In this document: piece by piece, positions 1 through 41,107 of the stretch
How positions within the stretch are numbered: position 1 is the first letter of the stretch
Layout of the letters: the number at the start of each line of letters is the position of its first letter
Assembly (NCBI GenBank): GCA_036785375.1
Contig: JAWMAR010000025.1
Location: 2,542,001-2,606,000, forward strand
Length of the DNA: 64,000 nt
Direction: 5' to 3'
Source: Leucoraja ocellata
Lineage: Eukaryota
Made by a program: the position numbers and the translations under genes
Notes under the pieces: model-generated
Told to the model about the DNA's origin: nothing
What the model saw: the letters and a program-made list of their open reading frames with translations, nothing else
Database searches by the model: none

Positions 1-977
1 TATCAGTCAATTAGAACCTAATTTCGAGTAACAGTACCACAGATAACTGATTAAAATATAGCGGCAGTTGTATTTTGCAAATTTGAGTTTTGTTATTTTT
101 CTCTAACTATTTTCTTATCTTGTTTCTGTTTTAAAAATAAAATTCTAAATATTTTTTATCAACTTCAGCATGTTACAGAATGGAAAAGAATGCATGCACA
201 TTTTCACACATGGACATGAAACATCCTTGTTGGTCAATAAGATTCCTTCTTCGATTGAATCTGATAGTACATAGGTTCTCTGGAGGTCTGAAATAATAAG
301 TTTATACACTTTTGTTTCTTTGCCAAGAATCCAGTAGAGGTATGATGCCTTTTATTTCCCAGAGTCTTTGGTCCAATTAGATTGTTTTCTCCAAAGTGCA
401 CATTGATTTCTTATTTAAATGTTCTGACCCATTTACAAGACATCAACTGCTGTGTAATTTGGTTACTGACTGTATTGTCGTGTAGATGATATTGTTATAA
501 TACCTAGCTCAGCAATTCGTTGTTGCAACAAATGCATAAACCAGTGGAACAGGAGTTAACTATTTAAGGGTTAAAATCATTCCAATGTAAACATCCTGCT
601 TGACTGATACGGCCACGGTGGATGTATAATTTACAATTGAATAATCCCATTACACAGTGTCTAACTACATTTTGCTCTATTCATGGATTGTTGATGGACA
701 GAATCCTGAGGCGAGAGTCATTGTTTCTGTCAAAAATATTCCCATTGTTCTTATCGAGCAAGTGCTCTTTAAATAGCTATTCTTCTCCAGCCACTTGTGC
801 TTTGGGGACAGAGTGAACAGTCATTGCTTTAATTGTGGTGGAGGCAGAAACTCTTGTGTGTTGGTATTTTATGAGTTAAAGTAAATAATTAGCATAACAA
901 TCATAATCCTTTTAAATAGCCCCAAGTGCCGCAGAGGTTACCATTTCCCTGTCATCGGTTAGCTAATGCGTTAAAGC

Positions 978-1100
978 TGAATGGTCTCGACCCGAAACTT
1001 TGCCCATTCCTTCTCTCCAGAGATGCAGCCTCACCCACTGAGTTACTCCAGAATTTTGTGGCTACTTTCGATTTAAACAAGCATCTGCAGTTCTTTCTTA
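978..1100 (+). repeat. Penelope terminal-repeat fragment
   Basis: ggtctcgacccgaaac...gagatgc...ctgagttactccag...cagttcttt. Further fragments: 21125-21215(-), 36996-37120(-), 37878-38008(+), 38588-38700(-), 43330-43455(+), 44828-44910(-), 48668-48770(+), 55108-55205(+), 58930-59060 (fold-back), 60845-60972(+), 62120-62208(-), 63430-63560. Confidence 0.7.
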
Positions 1101-2255
1101 CAACTTTATTTTGTTTCCTCTAGCTCTGACCCCCCCACCCCCGCCTGCCACCGTAGTCATAAGCATTGTTCATTGATTTTTACCTGTCATAAGATTTCAG
1201 GTTGAATGGGAGACATTGGTTTGTTCTTTCTTTAGTTTGTTAGTGTTAGGTCTTGGGTAAGCAAGCACGTCGATTTATATTGAAATAAATTAGTTGAAAT
1301 GTGTTTCAACTAAGTGTTGTTTTGCCTCCTTGCTTCTACTTTGCTTTGAAGAGAATAATCCTTCAAGACTTAGTTCCTTGAAGATCATTAAGGTAAGCCG
1401 GCATCACTGAGCTTCACAGATCGTGATTTCATTTCTGCACTTAATTACAATGATCAGGAACTTTGTCAGTAACTAAATGGGTGTCAAGGATTCAACTTAT
1501 GAATTGAATAAGGGCCTGGAGCCACCTGTGCCATTTAATAAGATTGTTCAGAGATGGTACCTTCAGAGTTTACACTTCCGTCCGCTTCCTCCTCAATAAG
1601 GCTTCATAATAGGCATGACATGAGAATAGTTGCTATTGAAACAGGCCATAAAGGCATGAGAGCTGTGAATTTAAATGTGAGCTTTGAATTTGAATGCACT
1701 GCGTCAGTCTGCACCTGCATTCAATGATTTGTCTTTTTCAGGAAGTGAGATTTGGGAGATTGCAACTAGTTGGACTGAACTTCCGTCAGTGAAAAGTCAA
1801 CGCTGGTGCCTCATGACCTTTAATGGGGTGGATGATGTTGTGGAAATTGGGAGGAGTTTGAGATTGATCAGAAATAACTGAAGCTGCAACAAATTAAAGA
1901 AATAGAGGAAATAAGCAGCAATTAATGGGCTGACCCCAAAGCTTTCTTGTGTTACTTTTTTACCTTTAATTTACTTTTACCTCATTTGTAAGTTTTGGTG
2001 ACCACCACTTTATGGAGTTTGGGAGCATTTACAGTTTGTGACAAAAAATATCTTCTATCTGGATTTTTGGTCATTGATCCAGTAGACAGCTTATGGCATC
2101 AACTTCCTTAATATTGTCTCAGTGTTAGGATGAATCACTACTCGCTCAAAGCAAAAACTGTAAATGTGGATCAGTGGAAACATTAGAAATATTCAGCAAG
2201 TCAAACAACACGTGTATGTGTGTGTGTATGTGTATATATATGTAAGAGCGAAGTA

Positions 2256-2450
2256 GAAACAAGGAACCGCAGATGCCGATTTAAAGACAAAGTGCTGAGG
2301 TAACTCGGCGGGTCAGGCAGCATTTCTGGAACATGTGGATTGGTGATGTTTTGGGTTGGGACTCTTCTTCAGGCTGATGAAGGGTCCAACTAAAAGCATC
2401 ACCTATCCCTGTCCTCCAGAGATGCTGAGTTATTCCAGCACTTTGTCTTC
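2256..2450. mobile_element. Fold-back terminal-repeat derivative (older)
   Basis: Inverted arms centred on cttcaggctgatgaag. Confidence 0.7.
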
Positions 2451-2555
2451 ATCAATTTAATTTAGTTGTCATAAATAAGGGCTATGATCTATAAACTATG
2501 TTGCGTATGGTTTTCAGTCTGACCATGTTCAATACGTAGTGCCCCTCATTAACTC

Positions 2556-2845
2556 GGGGTGGTACAACAGTAGAGTTGCTTCCTTACAGCGCCAGAGAAC
2601 CAGGTTCGATCCTGGCTACGGGTGCTGTCTGTACGGAATTTGTACATTCTCCCTGTGACCATGTGGGTTTTCTCCAGGTGCTCCAGTTTGCTCCCACACG
2701 CCAAAGATGTACAGGTTTGTAGGTTAATTGGTTTCGGTAACATTGATCCGAGTGTGTAGGATAGTGTTAGTGTAGGGGGCGATTGCTGGTCAGTACAGAC
2801 TAGGTGGGCCAAAGGGCCTGTTTATACCCTGTATCTCAAACTAAA
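2556..2845 (+). mobile_element. tRNA-derived V-SINE (HE1-like)
   Basis: tRNA-like head with B box ggttcgatcc, central V-domain (ttctccctgtgacc...ctcccaca..ccaaaga), and LINE-like tail gggccaaagggcctgttt. Confidence 0.8.
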
Positions 2846-3060
2846 GACTAACTGATGTTTACAGAGATTACCTTCATTGGAATGACAATAGGTGCAGGAC
2901 TAGGCCATTCGGCTCTTCGGGCCAGCACCGCCATTCAATGAGAATGAACATTCTGTTACTCACAGTTTTGGTTACAGCTTCTCTAAACCTGGAAAAAATG
3001 CCCATCAGAAGGAAACTTTCCAATGTCTTTTGGAGAGAGAGAGAGTCAACATTTAAATTT

Positions 3061-3584
3061 AATGTGTAGGAAAGAACTGCAGATGCTGGTTTAAATCTAA
3101 GGTACAAAATGCTGGCGTAACTCAGTGGGATAGGCTGCATCTCTGGAGAGAAGGAATGGATGACGTTTCAGTTGAGACCCTTCTTCAGACTGTCAGGGGA
3201 GTGGGCGGGACAGATAGAATGTAGTCGGAGACAGTAAGACTGGTGGGAGAACTGGGCAGGTGGAAGGGATGGGGAGAGGGAAAGCAAGGGCTATTTGAAG
3301 TTAGAGAAGTCAATGTTCATACCGCTGGGGTGTAAGCTACCCAAGCAAAATATTAGGTGCTGTTCCTCCAATTTGTGCTGGGCCTCACTCTGACAATGGA
3401 GGAGGCCCAGGACCGAAAGGTCAGATTGGGAATGGGTGGGGGAGTTTTAGTGCTGAGCAACCGGAAGATCGGGAAGGTTAAGACAGATTGAGCGGAGGTG
3501 TTCAGCGAAACGATCGTCAAGCCTGCGCTTGGTCTCGCCGATGTTCAGAAGAAACGATCGTCAGGCCCGCGCTTCCTACACATT
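3061..3584 (-). mobile_element. Penelope-like 3' fragment (GIY-YIG C-half plus terminal repeat)
   Basis: Reverse complement matches 55970-56410 (GETKRRL..RFAEHLRS, RKLEEQHLIF.LGS); hammerhead core at 3162-3188. Confidence 0.82.
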
Positions 3585-3949
3585 TACTCTTGGGGGTTGA
3601 GTGGTCTAAGACTTGAGTGTGTCAGGATGTTATTGCTTAATTATTCCAGGTGAAGAGAATATTTTTATTTTGAGAGGAATTATTTTGAGGGATGGTGTAG
3701 AAAGTGTTCTGATATGTGTGGCAACGTTGTTTGGTCAGAGGGGAGCATTGTCTAAAGAGGGACCGTGGCAAGAGTGGTTAAATGTATAGGAGGTGGCAGT
3801 GAGTGAACACATTCACTGCATATGCAAAGCTAGGTATCCTGTGCTAAGTAACATGTCTCGCATTCCAAAGCCTTTCCACTATCTATAAGGCATACAATGG
3901 GAATTTAATGTTATATTCTATACTAGCCCAGATTAAATGCAGCTCTATC

Positions 3950-4225
3950 ACCAGTTCTGAAACTTGAATCTGTGCAGGACAAATCGTCCTGTTTGATTGG
4001 CAATACATCCACTATCTTTGACATTCATTTCCCTCCATGACTGTCATACTGTGGCTACAGTGTGCACTATCAACAACGTCTCTTGCGATTACTTGCCAAA
4101 GCTGCTCTGACAGCACTTTTGAAACCCACAATTTCTACTACCACGAAGGGCCATCTGATGGGCAATAAATGCTGGCCTAGCCATCGGCAATAGCATCCTT
4201 AAAAAAAATGAATGAATAAATAAAC
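3950..4225 (+). mobile_element. Old LINE (L2/CR1-group) 3' fragment
   Basis: Tail gggcaataaatgctggcctagcca...atgaatgaataaa; recognised by pattern only. Confidence 0.5.
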
Positions 4226-6713
4226 TCCTTGGAGTATTCAACTCTCATTCATCAGGTCAGAGCCTGAAATAAAACTGGGCAGGATTTCAAAAGAAAGCTC
4301 AAGGCTTTTGTTAGGGAGCCAGCCAGGAGTGTGAGATTCAGTGTGAAATACTTGGATAGCTTCCAGTATTTTGATGGTAATGGCAGATGGGCAATAAATC
4401 GAAAGCACATGGAAAGCGTGTGAGACAAACCAATCCACTCACATTGTTATTGTTTACAAATGTAAATGTTGGCAGTGTAATAAGCATTTTTAAGATGAGA
4501 GAGCAATCATGTTAGCGAGAGACTGAATCTCGCACACACTGCAGGTCAACAATGTGGGGTCGGGATGCGATAGCAATTTCTATTGGCCACGACTGGGAAT
4601 TGTTTACTTTGGCTTTTTTTTGTGGAGTTATATAACATTGTGCTTCATGGCATGTGTGAAATCTTGTCAATAGTGGATTCCCTTGCTGCAATTTCCTGCT
4701 GGTGTCAGCATAAATATCCTGGGTGCTTTCTGTCTCCTCAATTTCAATGTAGTACCATTAACATTACAAATTCTAGATGGGTAAAATCAACATTTGTATT
4801 TAATGCAAACTCAAATATTTAAATTTGTTGCTTATAATGAAAGCAGCTTTATATAATACTACAGGGCAGTAGTGTTTGTAGGATGACATTGCAGTATTAA
4901 ACCTGGAATGCTGATGAGCTTGTGTGTGTGTATATCTGTGCCATGCAGCTGACTTAAGAGCAAACTGTTTAAATTTTAACTTATAATACATCATAACCTA
5001 TGTATTGGTTCTATCTGTTAGCTTTTGCCTCGAGAATAAGCCAGATTTTTTAAGCATTCCGTACAGGACAAGGTTTTGCGGCTGCCATTTTCTCTTTAAC
5101 CACCATTTTGTAAGATAGTTAAAAAGCAGACAGTCTAGTGTAAAACAGGCCAAGTTAATTTCAGAAGCCTAATATTTGATTGTTTGTGATTATTGTCTTT
5201 GCTTGTTTAATGGGGTCTGTGGGTGGGTGGGGAGTATTCATGTGACTAGAAGTGAGTTTGTGCCCTGTGGTGAAAATGATGCAGCTTCCTTGCATCATTA
5301 TTATATCCGATTTAAACTGCTGCTGAGATGCAGTTTGCCAGTTGAAGGCCTGCCTGGTATTTTCCCTCAGTTATAGCTTCATCTGAAACAACATTTATAT
5401 ATAATGATTTGAAGATGGTGTGATAGTTTTAGTGTAGAAAACTTCCTCTGAGTTTATGATTTGAAGCTGAATAGTGAGCTGGTTAAGAGGTGGATTAATT
5501 GACCTTTGGGGAGAGTACAGGTGAAATGAGTTTGTGGTGCAGTAAAAAATCTGTATGTTAAGTGTATAGTCCAAATTATATTTAATGAAATGCTGTGAAA
5601 TATTAGGGCTTTCACATTCTCAAACAAAAATGAAATTGTAAAAGACAATTAAGTTTGGTTACAACAATGCAAGGTCTTTGACAAATGGTAATTGCAGTAT
5701 GACTTCTGTACACAGGAGGTTTAACTCTGGCCCTTGTCCTGTCCTGCTAATTATTCAATTGTTGTCAAATGCTTTGAAGACATTTTCAAAGACCAAGAAA
5801 AAAGTAGTTCCAGTAATTTAAATGTGATGTGATGATGTCATTATGCCTGAGAGGATGGTAATCCCAGACCGACAAGCTGTGCCAGTCAGGGCTATACTTA
5901 AAACGTGGCAGGATTATTCATAACTACTCGTCCTCCTGTCAACCCCACCCCAACTTTCACCACGTATTTTTAAGTGAAAGCTTAACTTCAATATTTCCCC
6001 AGAGGTGGGGTTTGAAGGTTTTGCAAAAAACATTACTTCCTCAAAGTTTGTGGGATGCTGAACATCTACCCTGCTGAGCAGTGATGTTTTAAACATACCA
6101 TTCCTAAAGCTAACCCCTTCCTCGCTGAATTCCCACTACTTTCTCACCTATCCCCTTCACATCTTCACTCTTTTAAAAAAAATGTTTGTAGATTTTCTCA
6201 TGCCTGTTTGAATGCTAACTGAAAACGTTTTGGATATTTGCAGAGCATCAGCATCTCCCCCAAAGTAATGCACTGATTTATTTTGGAATCAAATAAATAT
6301 TTTGTGATTTCAGTCATTACAATTTGCACAATTTGGTGCTTGGTTTTGGTATCATTGCTGTAAGGTTTTCAGTGTGTGAATATGGAACAATGCTTTCAGC
6401 TTCGAGGATTTTGGCAGCAGGACAAGCCGTGGATATTGGGGATCAGCAGATTTTTTTTGCCAGTTAGGTCGCTGATTAGAAACGAGTTCAGGGAACAAAA
6501 TATGGAACAAAGGAGTTGCAGTAAATATGTTAAATTCAGGTTATTGCTTGCAAACAATAAAGAAAACTAGTTTACATTTTGTGTAACAAATCCTATTATG
6601 CACATTCTGACTTCTAACAATTATTGCCATAGTAATATTCAAAGATTATAATTATTATTTGAGAAAAATCTGATATAAATGCAGGTGAACTGATTGTGCC
6701 CATGGGTTTTTAG

Positions 6714-34518
<27,805 letters not shown>

Positions 34519-35507
34519 CAGCTGTGGGAACCTTACTGTGTGTGTGCGTGATTGGAGATCTTTGAATCGACTGTTTCTGTCTTTATTTATGCAAAAACCA
34601 CCTCTGTTCCCAAAACTTGCCCCACCTATTCTTAATAATGGAAGGATATCGTAGTCATTTTGATCAAGTACCAGAGGGGGGAAAAAAAAGATGAATGTTT
34701 GCTGCCTGTGTATAAGTCAGAAATTTTTTAACCAAAGTTGCTGTCTCATTTGCAGCGAGTTTGGGAGAATGCCTCATCCTCGGGCATCCCTCCCTGGAGG
34801 GCCCTGCTTCAAAATTTTTATGGTAAATTTTGGAAGCTAAATGACTTGGGAAATCTTTGGTTCAGTGCTGTGCTCTTGGATTGTAATTCAACCACTGGAA
34901 GGTGGCTCATGAGAAGCTCTGTGTACATTATGCAGGAGACAGCCTACACATTAAACCCTGAACATATGTAACCTTTGACCAGCTGTAAACAATATTTCAC
35001 ATTGAACAATGCTGGTTTGGCAGCGAACTGTAGTTTTAAAACATTTTTTAGTTTACAGTAAACGTGAAAAAAAGGCTTTTCCCCTTCTCAAAGTATCGTG
35101 TGTATCTACACCACCTCCCCTTGATTGTATGGACTTTTCCTCTTTCACTTCCTGACTGATTTTAAACTGCAGCTACAGCCCCTGAGCTGTGATTGTATAT
35201 AGAAGTTGTACAATGCACATACCCTCAAAGTTGGTTGTTTTTTTCCTTCTCTCGTAGAATGAGGTTTACAATTTTCATGACATGGTCAAGCAAAAAGTGA
35301 TAGCTTTTATTTCCATCGGCCATATCCTGCGAGGGTAATGTACAAGTTTCTGTATGTATAAAGTTGTGCTCTAGTTCAAGGAGAGCAACAGATCACGTTT
35401 TTCCTTTATAATCAAGGTGTGGAAAAAGTTTAGGTTCAGTTGAAGCTCACAAAAAATAATGAAGAAACACAATTTGAGATTTTTCAGTGCTATGAAATCT
35501 GCATATT
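34519..35507 (+). other. ARID1A: ARID1A 3'UTR (visible part)
   Basis: Follows the stop codon, is free of recognisable repeats and U-rich, and has no AATAAA before the gap. Confidence 0.7.
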
Positions 35508-35658
35508 NNNNNNNNNNNNNNNNNNNNNNNNNNNNNNNNNNNNNNNNNNNNNNNNNNNNNNNNNNNNNNNNNNNNNNNNNNNNNNNNNNNNNNNNNNNNN
35601 NNNNNNNNNNNNNNNNNNNNNNNNNNNNNNNNNNNNNNNNNNNNNNNNNNNNNNNNNN
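35508..35658. other. Assembly gap or masked run (151 N)
   Basis: Run of n characters. Confidence 0.99.
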
Positions 35659-38600
35659 GTTTTCGTTTAATTCCACAGGTCTGAAGGGATGCCTCTTTCG
35701 ATGGCCATGACAAGTGCACGTGGGATAAAGGTTGAAGAGACGGTCATTTGGATCACTGGACTGCATTGTCAACTGGGCCCAGCCTGCACCTTTGTTTGCA
35801 CGCCAGCATCACTAGCTTATAGAAAGAACATATTAAGTGCCTACTCCTTCATACTAATGCAGTATATTCTGGAGAGTTAAAACTCAAGTAGACGAAGCTG
35901 TGATATATAGATTGACCACTTGAAGAAATGCTAATCTTGGTAAAAGAGCTCCAATAATCCAATAAGTACATTGGATTTTCAATAACTGCGTTGGTTTTGG
36001 ACTCTGCAAATCATTTGAGGAGAATGCTCCTCCATTCTGAACATCTAGCGAATGTGATTAAATAAATAAATAGCAGAGAATCAGTAAATGGATCAGATGC
36101 CAAAGTAAATAGTAACGAATCATGTACATGAGCCAGGCTGTAGGTGCTCAGGTAATTTGTGAGCATGGTATTTAACAGATTGATTTGAGGGCCTAGAAAC
36201 TACCCCAGTAGAAGTCCTGGGGATTGATTACAAAGTCACTGCAATTGTAGGACTTGAAGGCTCTTAAACTTTACACGGGAATTTTACTTTCATCCAACAT
36301 TAAATGTGCAACATCTTAAATTACAAGAATGTAAACAGCACATTTATACATGTTCAAGGAGTTGTTGCACTGAAGCCTTTTGTCAGTAATATAAACTGCG
36401 GTAATTGGTTGGGTGCTTCAATTTTCTGTTCCCAACAATGCTACTACATACAATTAAATTACTACTTTTTCTTTGCCACTATGCAAACATTAGCAAACAA
36501 TTTATTGTCCTGTGTAGGTGTTGACTTCTACCTGCACCTGATGTCTGTGACTAGATGTTACTAAAATAAGAGGCAGTCTGACTGATCGCCCCTCCCATCT
36601 ATGGCTTATTGGGGCCTGTTTCCTTCCACCTTGGAAGGAAACAGGACCAGGACTGAAGGAAGCGCTGGATATCTGCAGTTGACTACGAATATAATAGTCT
36701 GGTCTTGAGGAGTAGAAAGGCAAAGGAACAAAATCAAGAGTAACAATTTATGATTTTTAAATCAAAATTTTGTAGGAGCAGCCAGCATGCTTTAACTGCA
36801 ATATTCCTGTTTTCATGGGCATGAAGTCTGCTCTTGGAACTTTTAGAGTAGACTCTGTTCTCAGCAGTTCCTGGTAGTATTGACTGTCCCATTGTGGTCA
36901 GCTGCTCTCATCGGTCCCTATACAAGGCAACACCTCTCTGTATATAAAATTACATTGAATACGGAGCATGGAGATGAGTAACTCAGCCTAAGCTTGTGTT
37001 GGAGAGAACTGCAGATGCTGGTTTAAATCAAAGGTAGACCCAAAACCCTGGTGTAACTCGGCGGGACCAGCAGCATCGCTGGAGAGAAGGAATGGGTGAC
37101 GTTTCGGGTCGAGACCCTTGCTTGGCTTTATACTCCACACATGTCTCTTTCTATTTCATTTCTTTTCTCTGCTTGAGCAGACATTGCTATTTATCCTGGA
37201 ATAAACTGTCTGGCTGTGTGCAGTGTGGAGCCCGAATCATCAGTATTCTAAAATTGTGTGACAATATTGGCTGGTTTAATGTGGGAGGCTGCTGCTATTG
37301 TGGAAGTAGCAGGAGAAACTCTCCTGCTATGTTTTTCCTAATGTTTCTACTTTGTGTCCTTTACTATACCACCAGAGAGGTGATATTTGATATTATATTG
37401 AATTTCACAAATCCAAATATCCCTAGTTTAAACCTCAATTTCTGCCCCTATTCTAACTATAGAGACTGGTACCAAATTAAATGACTGAACCTGTGATCCA
37501 GTGATGGCAACCGATGATCTGGATATGTTGGTTCAAATGTCATCAATTGGATTTAAAGTATTTGCTAACAAAGCAAAAGCTGGCAACTGGGATTAGCTGT
37601 TTTGACTAGTAAGGATGCGACAAGTTGAATTACTTCCTTAATAATTTTCATCTAAGAATTAACTGAAAATATTGGGTCCCTAAGAATCATTTTAATATAT
37701 TGCCAAGACTTGGGTAAAGCAGCTAACATTTCCAATTACAGGTATATGTTTGTGAGGGCAACATATTTGCTTCATTTGGATGCAGAGATATCACTTTTGT
37801 CCTTTGCTGATACTGAAATTGAGGTCAATTGAAGACCTAAAAAAGATTGAACCTGCAGAAAGAATAGCAATAAAGTTCAGTCTGAAGAAGGGTCTCAACC
37901 TGCAACATTCACATATTCCTTTTCTCCCGAGATGCTGCCTGACCTGTTGAGTTACTCCAGCATTTTGTGTCTATTTTCAGTGTAAACCAGCATCTGCAGT
38001 TCCTTCTGAATTAAAGCAGGAACGGGGTACTGATTTTGGATGATTAGCCATGATCATATTGAATGATGTTGCTGGCTCGAAGGGCCGAATGGCCTACTCC
38101 TGCACCTATTTTCTATGTTTCTATCTCCCGGCTGCTATTCATTTTAACCCCCCTTCCCATTCCCATCATGGCCTTTATATTCTGGGCCGCCTCCATTGTT
38201 AGAGTGGCCACATGCAAACTGATGGAACACCACCTTGTATACCACTTACAATGCTTACAACCCATTGGAATGAACAATGAATTCTGCAATTTTAACTTAA
38301 TTTTTCTGTTTTTATCTCTTGTTTCCAGTATCTAAAAATGATCCATTCTTTACAGTTTGAGTAAAATAGAGATGTGATCACTAGTGGAAAAAAAAATTCA
38401 ATAGATTGCCAGCCAGTAAAATTGAATAAATTAGCAGGGAAATTGCAAAAGTGCTAAAATAACAAAAATGGGGATTTTCAACTGTGGAAATAGAAACTGG
38501 GATAGTGATATTAGCGCAATGTATGAGGGCATTGTGCTTGGGAGAATTTTATTGAGCTGCGTGTTTCTATCAGTGATAGGCAGCATTGTGTAGGAAGGAA

Positions 38601-39369
38601 CTGCAGATGAACAGACACAAAGTCTTAAGTCTGCAACTTTATGGGTCAGGCAGCATCTCCGGAGAAAAGGAATAGGTGACATTTTGTGTCGAAACCCTAT
38701 GGAGATTTGTAGATAGGAAAGACCAGAACAAAACATGGAGGGCAACAGATGGCCAAGGAAATGTGGAGCCCATAATCCCACATTGTTAGCTGGGGAAGGA
38801 GTGATAATGATGGGATGCAGAATGTAGGACGATGGGGTGGGGACGAGGAGAGGGGGAAGGATATATCATTCATTCCAATATATTTAAAAAAATTAGTCAA
38901 TGGAGAAGGGTCATTTTCAATTGGATGAGAACATATATGATGAGTAAATAAGAATCAAATCTTGGCAGGTAAAACTAATTAAAAAAGGTAGAGATGATTC
39001 AGATGCTATCTAGGTACATACTCATGAGGGAGATGGTTGGGGAAATTAAAACTAACGCTACTTAGATGATCAAAATGATAATTAAATACGTTTAAAGAAA
39101 AACAATTAGCAGATGCAAGTTGTTAATACAAGGGAGAGCCAGGCCAATTCGATGAGGTTCAGCAGTGAAATCTTTTATTTAAAAATGTGGATGAGGCGGG
39201 CGAGGGCACGAGAAGAGTGGTCACAAAATGGAATTTTAAAATATTCATTAGACGTGAATAGGAAGACCTGTCAGAGGAGAGGTGGTGTCACCTATTCCTT
39301 TTCGCCCGAAATGCTGCCTGACCGAAAGGTCTGAATGACAAATAAAGGATCTAACTCTAAGTAAGTAAT

Positions 39370-40450
39370 TGAGGGACTAAACAGAAAATCTTGCAGAGGC
39401 AGAAGATCTGGCGAAGGTACTAAATGATTTACATTAGCTTTTTTGCAAGGAAGTAGTTGAGATTCTGGATGGGTTTAAGCTAGATGAAATGAAAGGCTAG
39501 TTGCATTTGAAAATGGTTACAGCACCTGGTCCATGTGGAATGCTTCTCAGGTTAATGAGGAAAGCTATAGAGGAAATAACTTTCCAAGTACTTAGAGATT
39601 TGAGAGGTGTCTGAGGACTGAAAAGATGCAAATGTACACCCATATTCCAAAAGATCCATATAGGGATAAACACTGCAAATATTGGCCATTTAGTTTAACT
39701 TCCAAGGTGGCGAATGTTCTAAAACAGGACAGAAATGTAGTTACTTGTCCAAGTATAATTAGAGAACATGGATTTGTTAAATGCAAATTATATCTTGACT
39801 AACTTACTAGTTTTTTTTACACCAAGGTAATAGAAGTGTCGCTGCAGTGGACTTTCAAAATATTTGATGTTTCGTGTCACATTATGTAGAGCTATTCCAT
39901 AAAAGGGATTATAGCAGCATGGATACGAAGTGGCTAAGGACCAAGAAAACAAGAGAGATTGCTTTTTTTGGACTGGAGGCAAGTGCACAGATAAGGATTG
40001 GTAGTAGAACTATAAACTAGTGCACCATTCTAAAAAGGGTTCATTTTTTTTTACTTTTTCATGTTCCCTTGTGTGCATAATTTGTTGAATGTGGCAGAAC
40101 ATGTTGAAAATGCAGTGTTAAAGAAAATGTACATGGGATCCTGAGCTTAAAAATTATGGAATACAAGAGCAAGGAAGTAATCAAAATTTAAAAAAAGACA
40201 CTGGTTTGGATACAACAGGAATATTGGACACTTTAAAAATCTAAAAGTTTTAAGTAGATACTGGCTGAGATATATGAATCTTACTAGATATGGTGCCGGA
40301 TGGCTGATGGGTGGCTAATATGCCTCTAAAAAGAGTTGCAAAGAAAAACCTAGGAACTATCGACCAGTGAGCCTAACATTTGTGGTAGGAAAGTTATTGG
40401 AAAGGATTCTGAGGGATAGGAATTACATGCATTTGGAAAGATGGGCTTAC
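39370..40450 (+). mobile_element. Decayed CR1-clade internal fragments
   Basis: Remnants such as cctaggaactatcgaccagtgagcctaaca (PGNYRPVSLT), tggactttcaaaa and aatacaagagcaaggaagt. Confidence 0.6.
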
Positions 40451-40454
40451 TGGG

Positions 40455-41035
40455 ATAGAAACATGGAAAATAGGTGCACAAGTAGGTTATTTGGCCCTTC
40501 GAGCGTCCGTATGATCGTGGTTAATCATCCAAAATCAGTACCCTATTCCTGCTTTCCTGAAGAAGGGTTTTGGCCCGAAACGTTGCCTATTTCCTTCGCT
40601 CCATAGATGCTGCTGCACCCGCTGAGTTTCTCCAGCATTTTTGTGTACCTTCGATTTTCCAGCATCTGCAGTTCCTTAAACCCTATTCCTGCTTTCTCCC
40701 CATATCCCTTGATTCCATTAGCCCTAAGAGCTATAACTAACTCTCTCTTGAACACATCCATTGAATTGTCCTCCACTGCCTTCTGTGGCAGAGAATTCCA
40801 CAGGTTCACAATTCTCTGGGTGAAAAAGTTTTTCCTCATCTAAATGGCTTACGCCTTATTCTTAAACTGTGACCCCTATTTCTAGACTCCCCCATCATCA
40901 GGAACATTTTTCCTGCATCTAGGCTGTCCAATCCCTTAAGAATGTTATACGTTTCTATAAGATCCTCTCTCATCCATCTAAATTCCAGTGAATACAAGCC
41001 CAGACAACTCATTCTTTCCTCGCATGTCAGTCCCG
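40455..41035 (-). mobile_element. CR1-clade LINE 3' end (interrupted at 40557-40679)
   Basis: [23 protein letters not shown] on the minus strand; same 3' tail. Tail-only pieces at about 2875-2940, 38015-38125 and 42580-42662. Confidence 0.85.
40557..40679 (+). mobile_element. Short hammerhead/terminal-repeat element inserted into a CR1 3' end
   Basis: 17-bp TSD accctattcctgctttc at 40540-40556 and 40680-40696. Confidence 0.88.
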
Positions 41036-41107
41036 CCTCAGCATGATTTGTGTTATGGGAGTTTGCGCCTCAAATTTGAGTATTTTGAAGTAACCAAGAA
41101 GGTTACT

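Noticed and set aside
2556-2625. tRNA gene (also 8436 and 63753)
   Set aside because: tRNA-like SINE head continuing into V-domain and LINE tail; no cloverleaf
5829-5851. C/D box snoRNA (gtgatga ... ctga)
   Set aside because: Boxes too close together and no terminal stem
35371-35772. ORFs containing X runs
   Set aside because: Artefacts of translating through the N gap
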